Assembly (NCBI GenBank): GCA_013265495.1
Contig: MU058584.1
Coordinates: 1,338,616 to 1,402,615, forward strand
Length of the DNA stretch: 64,000 nt
Reading direction: 5' to 3'
From: Vicugna vicugna
Lineage: Eukaryota
This document shows positions 24,073 to 36,290 of this stretch, piece after piece. The translations under genes and the position numbers were made by a program. The notes under the pieces were generated by a model, which had not been told where the DNA came from, did not search any database, and was given only the letters and a program-made list of their open reading frames with translations. Within the stretch, counting starts at the first letter, position 1. Each line of letters starts with the position of its first letter.

Positions 24073-25839
24073 CACAAAACTCTATTGGTGAGTTGCAGGA
24101 CAGAAGTGGTGGTAGCAGAAGTAACAACAGTAACAAGATCTCAGAAAATTGGAAACAAATTCTTTAGAGTTGTGCATTCATCTATGTGTTTTATACTGGA
24201 TGTGTGAAGAAAGGAACAGCTACATGATAATCAGTATATTCATTTAGAAGCAGAAACAAGTCGAGGACTAAAAAAACACTCAAAGAGACCTCACCTTAGC
24301 ATTGATCTCATCATAAAGAAAACGCTAATGTGATTCTCAGGGTTGTGTTTCACAGAGAGCCAAGGGGAGCTTCTGCAAAGAGAGACGTTGAAGGTGAAAA
24401 TGAGATGGTGGAACTACTCGGGAAATTAAATCTGTAATAAGGCACCAGTGGGTTATGCTTCTGTCCCTTTGCAATAACAGAATGTGAACAAAAGGGTCAG
24501 AGGGCAGAGGCTGAAGTTCAGTGTAGAAAATGAGGGCTGTCAGGAGGCTTCAGGCTATGCATGTGGCAGGTGGAACTAGGCTGACAAATTAGACGGCTCT
24601 GGACAAACTTCACGGTTGCAAATCAGTCTCTTCACTTGGCTACAAAAGACCAAGTCCTGTGTATGCAGCAAAGAGAAAGAGGATCATTTCACAGAGGTTT
24701 TAAAATGGGCAAATATTGCTGATCCAGCTTGGAGGAGGGCAGAGAAGGAGAATGAACCAGGAAAGTGGGTGTTCGGCGTGAGGCTGAAAGTGTGAAAGGC
24801 AAGGAAGGAAACTAGAGAGAAAAAGGGAGAGGAGAGAGAGGAAAAGTGTGAGAGGGTGGAGACAAAAATGATGCGAGTGGGAGCCAATGTGGACAAGAGA
24901 GACTGTGAGAGAAGGAAAGAAAATTGAGAGAGCAAGGAAAAATGGGTTGGGAGGAGATCAACAGACAAAGATGAGAGAAGAGGGGAGAGGGTCAGAGGAG
25001 AGAAGACAGGTCAAAGCCAAAAAAGAAAAAAGGTGCAGCCACTCCACTGTAAATGCATCTTGGTTTTTGGTGCACTTCCCACGGGACTGCCCAGAGAGCT
25101 CTGCTGTCCGTGGGTGCTTGGATGAGCAGGGAGTATTGTAAAGAGAGTCAGAAAGCAGAGGGGAGTGCGGGATTCAGGCACAAAGGGGGCTCCAGTGCCC
25201 TGAGCTGAGCCCCTATACTGACAGAGGAGGAGCTGTCTCCTTTCCTCATCTATTGCATGCTAAAACCTGAAAATTGCTCTTTATTATTATACAAAAAAAT
25301 AATTTTTTTACTTACAAGTTATCTTTATTTCACATGCTCTCAAAAGCCATTAAAATGCTGGTAGCAAAGCTTTTCAGTTGCTCTGTGTACAGGTCATAAT
25401 GTTTGGGTCAAGGGGTTATTATAAGGGAAGGAGATAACAGGTTTTCCCAAGTGGAGATTTAAGTCGTACCTAACCGTGTGGGCCATCTGGTGAAGACCAT
25501 GGAAAACATATTGCCTTTCATAAGCATTTTTACTGTCTCTACACATGTTAAATTCAGTGGCCAAACTATTCCTTAAGGGGTTTTGTACAGACAAAGAATA
25601 GAGGGCAGCTTCTCTGTCCTTCCTCTAGTGTCTCGAGACTCCAAAACGTCTTTGTTTTTCAGCCTGTCAGGACCACAGTGGTTGGGAATATTTACCTGCC
25701 TTCTTTCAAGAGTCTAGTGACATCTGCTAATAGATTGAAAGGTTAAGCACCTACTATGTGATCAGGTTTGGTTAGATGTTATGAGACAGGCACAGAGATA
25801 TACGAAATTGTCTTATGCACTGCCAGTAAGTATAAATTC

Positions 25840-26190
25840 ACACCCATGAATGTTCTGCAGGGTGTATGTATACACACAGGTGTAGGCATTTGTCAAAATC
25901 AGCAAGTGTACACTTAAAATTGTGCAATTTCATTGCATTTAACTTTTACTTCATAAGAAAACTCTGCAAATAAATATTGAAACCTCTTCACTATTACGCA
26001 TACTTGCCTACTGAAATATTTGGGGGTGATGGGTACTGATATCTGCAATTTACTTAGAAATATATCAAAAATAGGATGTATTGACAGATGAAGAGGCATG
26101 TATACATGAAAAAATAAGAGCAGTAAAATCTCGGTGTGGTATATAGGCATTCACTATAAAATTCACTTACGATGTGTTTGAAATATTTAT
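25840..26190 (+). mobile_element. Old L1 3' UTR (L1MC4a-like)
   Basis: gtgtaggcatttgtcaaaatcagcaagtgtacacttaaaattgtgca…tgaaatatttgggggtgatgggtactgatatctgcaatttactt. Confidence 0.75.
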
Positions 26191-26320
26191 ATTTATTTTA
26201 TAAAACAATCAATAAACAATTAAAAGCTATTGATGTAGCACTCAATATTAGAGTTAAGAAAGTAATGAGGTAAAGAAGGAAAAAAGGGATGTGTTCAAAA
26301 GAAAGATAATAAGGTATGAT

Positions 26321-26840
26321 TGTATTTGTTATTTGTTGCTGCGTAAAAAGTTACGGTAGAACTTATTGGTTTAAGACACCACGCATTTACTCTCCTGTTG
26401 TTTTCTGCATCAGGAACCCAGGAATGGCTTAACTGGGTGGTTGTGGCCCCGGGCCTTTCATGAGGTTGCAGCCAGAACGTGTTCAGGGATGCGGTCATCT
26501 GAAGTCTTACCTGGGACTGGAGAATCTGCTTCCAAAATGGCTCACCTCACATGGCTGTTGGCAGGAGCCTCAGTTCCTCAGGAAGCAGGACTCTCCACGT
26601 GTTGTTCCCGTGCCCTCGCCCCCTGGCAGCTGGCTTCCCCGGGAGTAAGCGACCCACGGCAGAGAACAGGACGGAGATGCTGCGCCTTTTATAACCTAGT
26701 TGCACACCATCACTTCTGCCATATGCTATTCACAACACACAAATCACTGAGTCTAGCCCACGCTTAAGAAGAGGAGAATTAAGTCCCAGCTCCTGCGGGG
26801 AGGAATGTGGAAAAGTTTGTGGACATGTTTTAAAACCATG
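26321..26840 (-). mobile_element. MaLR LTR (MLT1F-like), near full length
   Basis: ggaatggcttaactgggtggtt…tcatgaggttgcagcca…gagaatctgcttccaaaatggctcacctcacatggctgttggcaggagcctcagttcctc…ccatcacttctgccatatgctatt…ttttaaaacca. Confidence 0.9.
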
Positions 26841-27119
26841 ATAAAGGTTTATGTGGGATTTGAGTAGAGTTGCTTCGTTTCATAAGCAGATGGTTCAGGA
26901 GTCGTTGGTCTCGAGGCTGCTGAGACCGGTGTGTGAGGAAAAAGCCAAGCAGAATAAGGCAAAACAACGGCAGAGGCACAGACTTGACCTCTGTGAAGCC
27001 AGGTAGGAAGGCAAGGCTGAAAAATCCTTATTCTTGGCAAGCTCTCCTCATCTAGGTGACCACAGAATTCCCACTGTGCCTATGGAATCGGCTGGGTGAG
27101 GCAGTGAACAAGGCTAGTC

Positions 27120-27356
27120 TTATTTATTTTTTTTAAATTGAGGTAAAATTCACATAACATAAAATTCAGCATTTTAACCATTTTAAAGTGTATAGTTCAG
27201 TGGCTTTTAGTATATTCACAATGTGGTGAAGCCATCACCACTATCTAATTCCAGTCACCCCCAAAGATAGCCGGCTACCCATTAATCAGTCACTCCCAAC
27301 TTTCTCCCTTTCCCCTGGCAACCACCAATCTGTTTTTCATCTGTATGGATTTTCTG
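27120..27356 (-). mobile_element. L1MB-type 3' end
   Basis: ttgaggtaaaattcacataacataaaattcagcattttaaccattttaaagtgtatagttcagtggc…cccctggcaaccaccaatctg. Confidence 0.88.
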
Positions 27357-27871
27357 TGACTCTATGGTTTTGAGTCAAGAACTAAACAGGAACCAAGGCC
27401 AGCCTACCTGTGAAGGAGAGTCTGATATGTGTGGGAAGGTGGGGATTGACAAGTCCAGGAGAGTGGAAAGATGACAGAATCCTGCGTAACAGAAAAGAGA
27501 GGACAATGTGAATACATTTTTATAAGTAGTTTGGGGCCATGTTATAAACTTGGACACCCTGAATGTGAGTGGTCATTTGAGTGGGTATTACCTGAAAATT
27601 AAGTGTGTCCAGGGCTTCACTGGACTCTACAGTGAAATTCGCTTTAGAAGAACAGCCACACGTTATCCCCAGCACGTGATGACAGACGCAGGCATCCAAC
27701 CCCAAACTGGCTGTGTTCCAACGAGAAATGTCATCTGGTTATTTTAGAAGCATAGATAAGAATCTGCTGGAGAACAGCTGACTAGGGAGACTGAGAATCA
27801 AAGTCTAGGCATGATTTTAAGGGGCAATTTGGGGAATCAGCACAGTGTGTTGTTTGGGGATGTCTGTATAG

Positions 27872-28085
27872 CTGGGTCTCCTATGTTTGAATTCCAGCTC
27901 TGTGACTTTGGACGAGTGATTAACCTTGCTGCCTCTTTTGTAAGCTAGGAAAACAAGTAAAAGGAAAGCAAAATAATGCCCATTACTTTTCAGGAATGTG
28001 AAGTGGACTAAATGAGCCCACACATCGAAGACTTGCAGACAGTCCCCCGCACACTGTAAGCATTCACAGATGTTTGCACTGATCA
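27872..28085 (+). mobile_element. MIR
   Basis: tttgaattccagctctgtgactttggacgagtgattaacctt…taaatgag…gtaagcattcacagatgtt. Confidence 0.7.
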
Positions 28086-28869
28086 CCTTATCATTAAAGG
28101 AAAGCACATTCTTTAGGGGAAACTGAAGAGATGTAATGTTTCTTTCATCCAATTATTTTAACATATAAAATCCTACATATTTTATACACGGTCCCTGGGC
28201 AGATGGAGTTTTAACTGTTCACAGTGTAAGACAGTGTGAACGATGCTCCTGCAGACTCAGTCACAGTGTCAATCTGCCGACAGTAACTGTTTTCTTTTGA
28301 CATATCTCAAAACCAGGACACCATCTTGAATGCTCCAAGTGCGAGAAAGAACTCCTTAAAGAGACTCGAAGCTTTAAAAATATTAATCTGCATCTGGAAT
28401 CACTCCCGTGAACATCACATTTTATGATACAAATATCTCCTGGGATCTCGGCATCACCAACTCTTTTTAAAATAATGGAACTCTATAATGGAGAAAACAT
28501 TGCTCTATAAAACATAGAGCTTGGCTGTCAAGAAGAGGGAGAAAAAAGAAATTGGTGAAAGATTTAATAACTGAGTTCTATGGCTAGAAAAAAAATAGCA
28601 GCCTTTGAAGGATATTTATGCTTGATTTAAGTGGGTTGGTAGGAGTACCGCCAACAGGTCAAATGATGTGAGTACCACAGGTAAGCGGTGCTATCAAATT
28701 GGATAGAATATGTGGGAAACCAAGATCTTTTATGCCTAGCTTTTAGAAAACCTCCCAACATCCACTGTATGTGCTAAAGAGCAAAATCACTAAATTTCTT
28801 TTTTTAAAAGCATCAAAATTATTATTAAAAAGTACCACGGGAACCAAAGATAACCATTTGGTTGTTCAT

Positions 28870-29153
28870 AAAATCAGCCAATCTACTGACAGTCAATCTT
28901 TCTCCATGACGTGTAATTTTCAACTCTACCCACTCTTCCAGTCATCTAGAGATGACTGCCAATTTACTAAACAAATTTGTAAAGGATTGTCTAATGAAGT
29001 AAGGAGAGAGAGAGAGAAAGGGGTGGCGAAGAGAGAGAAAGAGTGAGAGAGAGAGAGAGAGACTGAGTGTAGTCACGGAACCCAAAATCTTCCTTTATGA
29101 CCTACAATCAGATCAGTGGGAATAGGTGATGCTCGACGCCCTTACAGGTGAGT
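28870..29153 (+). promoter_or_regulatory. Candidate promoter / alternative first exon ending at a consensus splice donor
   Basis: Repeat-free block with CAGCCAATC (CCAAT box), TGACAG, TGACGT, a GA repeat and CAG|GTGAGT with GT at 29148. Motif-level evidence only. Confidence 0.3.
29004..29062 (+). repeat. Interrupted (GA)n
   Basis: Directly visible. Confidence 0.9.
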
Positions 29154-31299
29154 CCTGTGTATCTATGCTGTGACGCCTTTGCAGATGGGTGTCAACAATC
29201 TCAACACTGCTGTTTAAAATTCCTTGCCGCTAGGCGATGGCCATCCTGCTTCTGGCCTTTGAACAAGTCTGCCTCATCTATAAACTTACTGATAACGGTA
29301 ATCTGCATTTTCCAGCCAGAGCTCTCTGGTTTTACTCAGGCCACCTGACCACTGTCCAACGCTCTCCTTGTTTTTGACCTGTGTTCCACTGAAGTCATTT
29401 CTGAAAGACTCTGAGCTTCTGGCCTTCTAATGTGTGACCATCCCATAATGCCCCCTCCTCTTCTGATAACATATCCTCTACTTGCGCTCTGCCTCTGTGG
29501 GTTTAGGGTTCAGATGCAATTTTTCTGACATTTGGACTTCAGTTTTTTTCTTTAGATTTCAGGTGAGTTTAACCCTTTGACGTTTGGTTTTCAATGTAAT
29601 TTAATGTAGTAATCCCTGCTCTGTTCCAGCCCACTGAAGTCCAATGTCCAATGGGTGATAAGGCCAGCCTTGACCTTTCCAGGGAGAAATTTAAAAATGG
29701 ACCACTATTCATACAAACATCTAGAAAATCCTCTGTCTTGTACAAAAATAAACAATACTAAATTGGACCTTGGCAGAGTTGTAGAGACAGGGGAAGAATA
29801 GAAACAGTTTGTTTGGTGCCCCCTCCCCCCCACCTTTCCTGGGATATATGACAGCTTAGGTAACTATTCATTTGATGGTGTAGTTTACTGATGGAGTTGA
29901 AGTAACTGCAGTCAGAAATAATAAGACCTTTATCACAGCACAATGATGTAAGAGTAGAGAGATTTACTCTGATCAGCGTTAATATTCAGACAGCAGAAGC
30001 ATGAAATATCTATCTAAATTTTTAAGAATTAACTATTGATGTAATATAGTTCCCCTGAGTCAGGGCAAATAGACAAACTGTATCTGAAAACAGTATTTAG
30101 ATATTACTATGTTGAAAAGGCTGGGGTTCAAACTCCGTTTGATGCTGATGCTAAAAAAAGACCTTGGATGAGGGCCATGGAAATGCACCTACATGAGGTA
30201 ATGTCTAAAGAAGCCAGACTGCTTTTTGGAACCCTTACTGAGTACATTAAAAATGAGTTTTACTAATGAGAAGTGACTCTACTCTGTGGTTAATCATGTT
30301 AAAGAAATGTTCCACATAATCACTGTGAAATTGAATGTTGGTAAATAAGCTGCTTAATATTTATTTAAATAATTTTGTAAATGAAGAGGAATAAGAAATA
30401 AGACATTGGGTCATGATAAAAAGATTTGCCCTGAGGAGCCACTCACTTCAGAAGGCCAGTATCTAATTGCAGACGTTTCAGGAGCTGTTCTAAATTCAAG
30501 GTACGATTTCGGTTCCCCAGATCTTGTTATGAATTTGACGTGGATAAATCAAGGCATGCAATTCATGTATAAATGCTATTCATTTTGCCAGAAAAATGTA
30601 AGGGGAAGGTCGGCGTTCAGACATTTGCATCCTCTTTGAGGTGTTTCTGAAGATCCCTCAGCCATGTGGAGCCCAGCCTTCTTGAGGATGGGGAGCTACA
30701 TGCCCTCTTTTCTTGAAAGTGATCCCCTTGACGTTTGGGAGTGAATCAGAATCACCACACAGCTTTCTCTATCTAAAAATTAAAGGCCTGGATGATGACC
30801 CTGAAGTCACCAGCTAAGAGAAATTTTGTTAATCACTCTGAACGTGAGCGAAGAATGGTGCCGCCCATCACCAACTGGGAAAAGTCTCCTGGCAAATTGT
30901 CTGCATAAGTAACTCAAACTTTTAGGAAATCACATCCCTCTATCACTTTGTGTCAGTTGGGTGCATAGATGACTAATGCAAATCACACGTATTGTCATTT
31001 CCTGACCATATATGCTTCATACAGATCTATGACAGAAAATGTATTTTATATATATTCCATAATGGAAAATTTATTATATATAAGAAAGCTTAATGTATAT
31101 AAGCATGAAATCGTCAAGAGCCTTTTTGAGTACTGTTATTAAAAATATAGTATTTAAGGAGCTTCCATAGAGTGAAGCCCTGTAGATTTATTAAACAGTC
31201 TCTGAAAACCATGGAGACTGGAAGGACTTCTCTTTTGGGCAAAAAGACACTAAGAAGAGGTGATGATAAGTTTCACCATTTTTACAGTTGACTGGGGGA

Positions 31300-31495
31300 C
31301 TGGTATGCACCTGCAGCTTTACTCACATTATCTTAATCCTTCAAATTACCTTACAAAGAGGTTCTTATTTCATTTTATACATGAGGAAACCAGGAATCAG
31401 GAAGATTAGGTGATTTGTCTAAGTTAAAGGAGCCAGGCAATGGCAGAGCTGAGATTTAAGTCCAGGTCTGTCTGATACATAGCCCATAATCTTCC
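31300..31495 (-). mobile_element. MIR
   Basis: cattttatacatgaggaaaccaggaatcagga…tggcagagctgagatttaagtccaggtctgtctga. Confidence 0.85.
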
Positions 31496-34040
31496 CAGTA
31501 TGCAGAACAAAATGATGTTGATTAGATAAATGAGGAATGTCATTTCTGGTTCCTTCTGCTAACAGCGAATGGTAGGCTCCTAAGGATATGCCAGAGATGG
31601 CTGAGTTGCCAGTGGGCTTCTTCATGAAGAAGACATGCTGGACCCGAGTACTGTTAGAAATGTACTCATTCATCTCAGACGTTTTGAGTCCCCTCCATGC
31701 TCGTTACATGCTATGAAGCCTGTAATACAGGTGATACAAAGGTGACTGAATCTGCAACTCAAATAGTGCACACAGGGCTGATTTTTAAAATGTAAAAATG
31801 ACCTCAGAGCACAGATTCAGGAAAGACTAGTATGATTCCAAAAAAAAAAAAAAAAAAGAGCACCTCGGGCATGGCTTGTGTTACATGCCCATTAGCATAA
31901 AGATGACAAACCTTTCTTTGGAAAAAGCAAAGGCTGGGAGAGGTATGAGGGCACCAGATTAGGACTCAGTTGACCATTTTGCTTTATAAGCCTGACTGAA
32001 TAATACATTCAGGGTTTCACCTTCCTCCTTTGTGGGGGTCCTAGGGAAGCCTTTTTGGTTCCTTGGTTTCCTTGTTTGTGTTGTTTGCCTATCTTAGATC
32101 ACTGTTTTCAGAATCAACTTGAGGAACTCAACAAGTTTTAAGTCCTAAACGGATGAAAGGAATCATCAACTTGATGAAGTTAGAAGTCATCCCTAAGGAC
32201 CTTCAAGTGCGATTGGCAGATACGAGAAGTACACAAATTCAGCGACTGAGCCAACAGCCCCCAATCTTAGGGATACAAATGAGGGGCCGTGGCAGTTCAG
32301 GGGGGAGCTCATACTCAGCTGGAAACTGAGGGTGGTGGTTTGCTCAGAATTAGATGTAACAATACTCGCTAAACCTCAGAAGGGTTGGTAGCATGGCACA
32401 GGTAAGCGTTCATTAAACCTGAAATGTCTATAGAAAGATAATAACATAGTAAGTTACTGACTGATGCTGAGTCATTGAATCTGGATGTAAAGTGGCAACT
32501 GTATTCTGAGATTTCTGAAAAGGAAAACCAGAGTTTAAATGATTACTTGATTTTAAGCTTTTTTTTTTCCATGCAAGGAGGAAAGTGTGCAAAGTTACCT
32601 ATCTGCTGTTTTAGGAAGGAGTGGTATATGATAAAGGAGGATCAGTGCTGCATTTGGACATTTAAACCCTGGTGAGACCTAAGGAAACCATGGATGGATG
32701 GAGCCCTTTGATTATTTTCTCGTCAGTGCTTTCTGGAGGATACTAACCTTGCAGTGCCTCCCACAGCCTTTACCATCCAACACCCCATTAACTGGACAGT
32801 GTCTGTTGACAAACACTCCCCACTCACAGATAACTCCATGTTAACTGAGGCTCATAAAGATGATGCACTGGCCTCATAATATGATTCTAAAGCCACTTTT
32901 GAATCATCGACGTGTGATAAATTATGTTCAGAATAAATTTTATGCCCAAATATTTTTTCATGTTCTATATATCTTATAATAGGTGGCCTAGATTATTTCA
33001 ATTGTGAGTTTCTAATGGTCAGAACATTTGATTAATGAGAACGCTTTATTTACCTGTGCAGAATAGAATTTGTCGTATTACTGACCTGGTGATATTACAG
33101 ATTGGTAAAAATTCAAGTTGGATCACTTCCATGAGGTTACAAATATTTGCAGTTAAATGCCCACCACAAGGTGAGACTCAGGATACGAAGAGAGAGGAGA
33201 TATGATGCAAGTAGTTGCAGTAGCTGATGGACCATTCACATTTATCTGTCAGTCATCTATCTATCATTTCCCACGCAGCCTCATTGTTAAGCATCTTGAG
33301 AACTCAATGATGCTGGAGGCAGAAGAATGTAAGACAGTAACTGAAGGGGCCGGGACCAGGGGAACAAATTGGGCTGGGATGGTCATTAGTCCAAATTTCA
33401 ATATCCAAGTGGTTGTATCACTGCTCTATAAAGAGGTCCAATTCCTCCTGCAGTGGTAGCATAAATCTCACCTAAAAGGCCGTTTGGGGTGGTTAGTAGT
33501 ATTGTGATTATATGAAGAAGAACGTCAGACAAAATCTGTGGTGTGGACAGCTGGGACTCAGAGTCCAGCAGAGGTTCAGAGCCCCCAGGAAGACGCACAG
33601 GAGGTCGGGGCCAGGTGTCTGTCTCCAAGGGGAAATGCAGTGCCTGCAGTACAACAGAGCAGACCCCTGACCTAAAAGGGGGTCAAGATGAGAGAAGTTC
33701 GAAGGGAAGGCGGAGGCTCAGAAGACACCGAGGGTGTCCAGGCTGTCTTTGGCACACCAGATACCTGTCTTCAGGCAGCTCTGCTGATTTCTCTTACTAG
33801 GAAGCGCCAGATTTAGTCCTATATTTGGGGATAAGTCTGCAGACTGAAGATCTTTACGTCTACAGGCAAGTGAGGCTTTGGCTGTAAGGATGACACTGAC
33901 ATGTGTCCACTGCTATTCTGCGACCTACCAACTGTCTGTTCTGATAAAGTTCTCTCTCAGAGAGAAAGGATGTGAGGTGGACAGGCAGTCAGGTCACTAA
34001 AAACATAGTCACATTTAGGGGGCTCTTCCGAAGAACTTTT

Positions 34041-34493
34041 TGCCATTTGCAGCAACAAGGATGGACCTAGAGATTATCATACTAAGTGAAGTAAGTCAGA
34101 GAGAAAGACAAGTATCCTATCATACCTCTTATATGTGGAATCTAAACAAAATGGCACAAAGGAACTTATTTGCAGAACAGAAACAGACTCACAGACAGGT
34201 CCTATGGTTACCAAAAGGGGAAAGGAGGAGGGATAAATTGGGAGTTCAGGATTTGCAGATACAGGAGGGATAAATTGGGAGTTCAGGATTTGCAGATACA
34301 AACTACTGTATAAAAAAGAGATAAACAACAAGGCCCGTAGTCTATAACACTGGGAAGTATATTCAATATCTTGTAAAAACCTAAAGTGAAAAAGAATACA
34401 CATATATAGTTATATATATATAATTGAATCACTATGTTGTACACCAGACACTAATGCAATATTGTAAATCAACTATACTTCAATTAAAAAAAA
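34041..34493 (+). mobile_element. L1 3' end with ORF2 C-terminal remnant
   Basis: Translates PFAATRMDLEIIILSEVSQ, matching the L1 ORF2 C-terminus. 3' UTR ends tgtaaatcaactatacttcaattaaaaa. Possible TSD aagaactttt / aagaaatttt. Confidence 0.92.
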
Positions 34494-34845
34494 GAAATTT
34501 TCCTAACTATAAGTTTTGGCTGAATGAATCCATTCTGAAACTTCAGCAATGTTACAGAGGGGATGGATGGGTATGAAAATAATCCTGTATTTAGAGCAGC
34601 GTGTGAAGGATTTTGTTGTTACAAATGTAAAAATAGAATAAATGTAGTCAAATTAGATGGGTAAGGTGAAAAAAGCACTGGCACCTCATAGCTACTCATA
34701 TTTTTGTTTCTATCTTACAACGAACATGTTAGACCTGTTCCTATAATAGGCTGGCTTGAAAATTTTTGATCTAAGAATTTGCAAGGACAGGGGTTTAATC
34801 TGAACATTGACCTTTGTCAAGGAGAGTATTTAAAACTTTCAATTT

Positions 34846-35726
34846 TGTCATGGTTTCAAAACCATAAGTGAAGCCTTTAGCTCCTCCCCTTGAACTTAGT
34901 AGAGGAAAGGAATTTGTAACTGCCTTGGTGACCAGAATGTGGCAGAAATGATAATCCCTGACTCCTGAGGTCTGGTTAGAAAAGGCCGCACAACTCCTGC
35001 TGGTTTCTTTCGGGAAATTCAAAGAGAATTTAGAAGAAGCCCGCCACCCAGAGACCAGCAGGTAGAAAGGGCACATGGAATGATCACACATAGAGGCACC
35101 CAAGGGTTCCCAGTGGCCCTAGTCACTTAGTCAACAGTTCTGCTCTGTGTCTTCCCAGTCTAAGCACCAGATGTGTGAACAAAGAAATATTTGGAGCAAC
35201 CTAAGGCACGATTCCACTGCAACCACTTTAAAGATGTTGAGTGAGAATTGACCTAGTCCATTTGGGCTGCTTAAAACAAAAGTATCATCACCTAGGTAGC
35301 CCATAAACAACAAAATTGCTGTTGGCAAAATTTGATTTCTCACAGTTCTAGAGACTGGGGAGTCCAAGATTATGGTGCCAGCAGATTCAGTGTCTGGTGA
35401 GAACGCCACTTCCTCATAGATAGCCGTCTTCTCGCTGTAAACTCACATGGCATCATGGAAGGAGCTTGGGTCTCTTCTGTAAGGCGTTCATTCCATCTAT
35501 GGGGGCTCCACCCTCACAAGCCAGTCACCTCCCAAAGACTTCACCTCTGAATATGATCACATTGGACATTAGAATCTCAACATGAGTTCTGGCGCAGGGC
35601 ACAAACATTCACTTACAAGACTCACTGAGCCCAGACAATCCCCAGATTCATTAACACAATTAATAGTTGTATGTTTTAAGCCATTATTTCGGGAAAGTCT
35701 TCACCCGGCAGTAGACAACCAGAGCC
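34846..35726 (+). mobile_element. Older MaLR LTR (MLT1G/H-like) split by a younger LTR
   Basis: 5' part accagaatgtggcagaaatga…tgactcctgaggtctggttagaaaaggcc. The 3' part resumes after 35620: ctgagcccagacaatccccaga…tgttttaagcca…gcagtagacaaccagagc. Confidence 0.75.
35249..35620 (-). mobile_element. MaLR LTR (MLT1A/MLT1A0-like), nested
   Basis: tagtccatttgggctgct…atttctcacagttctagagactggggagtccaagat…gcagattcagtgtctggtgag…tcacctcccaaag…cacaaacattca. Confidence 0.88.
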
Positions 35727-36009
35727 TGATTTGATGAACATCTCTATGGAGTCTCTGCTTCCAGTTGGAGGGCAGGGGAAGCTCGTGGTGGCCGAAGTGA
35801 GAGTTACAGTCACTGAGTTTGATGGGATGGCTAAACGGATGAGGTGGAAGTTCATCCTTACTGCAGTTATAGTTCCTATCTTCCTACTCACTAATTTCAC
35901 TGTCCCTCTGACCTTACCCTCCCCTCCCTGCCCTGCTTCTATGACAACAAAACAAAACGGCCCTTGTGTTCATTGCGTCTCTTTTCAGAACACATAGGAA
36001 GACTCCGAG

Positions 36010-36290
36010 AAGATCCCCTGCCTCTCTTGAAGTTAGGTCGAGGCCAGGTGACCGTCAGCAGAAGGGATAACAATCATGCCCCCTTCTTGCATGCCTGGCC
36101 CTAAAAATCTTCCTGTGTAATACTTGGACACTCTGTCTTTTCTTTCTGCAGTAATCTTGGAGTTCATATGTTTCAGAAGGTGTAGCAGGGAATCCTAACC
36201 CATGTCAACTGTGACATGAGTGAGAAATAAACCTCTGCTCTGTTAAGCCACTGAGCCACTGAGCTACTGAGTACTGAGGCCACTTGTTCA
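36010..36290 (+). mobile_element. MaLR LTR fragment (MLT1J-like)
   Basis: cctctcttgaagttagg…ggccaggtgac; 3' end gacatgagtgagaaataaacctctgctctgttaagccactgag. Confidence 0.65.

Noticed and set aside
28675..28690. Isolated donor-like CAG|GTAAGC (another at about 32400, and a minus-strand AG|GTGAGT at about 54003)
   Set aside because: No matching strong acceptor or coding frame nearby; such motifs occur by chance in 64 kb.
34040..34273. 77-aa ORF MPFAATRMDLEIIILSEV…
   Set aside because: Frameshifted remnant of the L1 ORF2 C-terminus, not a gene.
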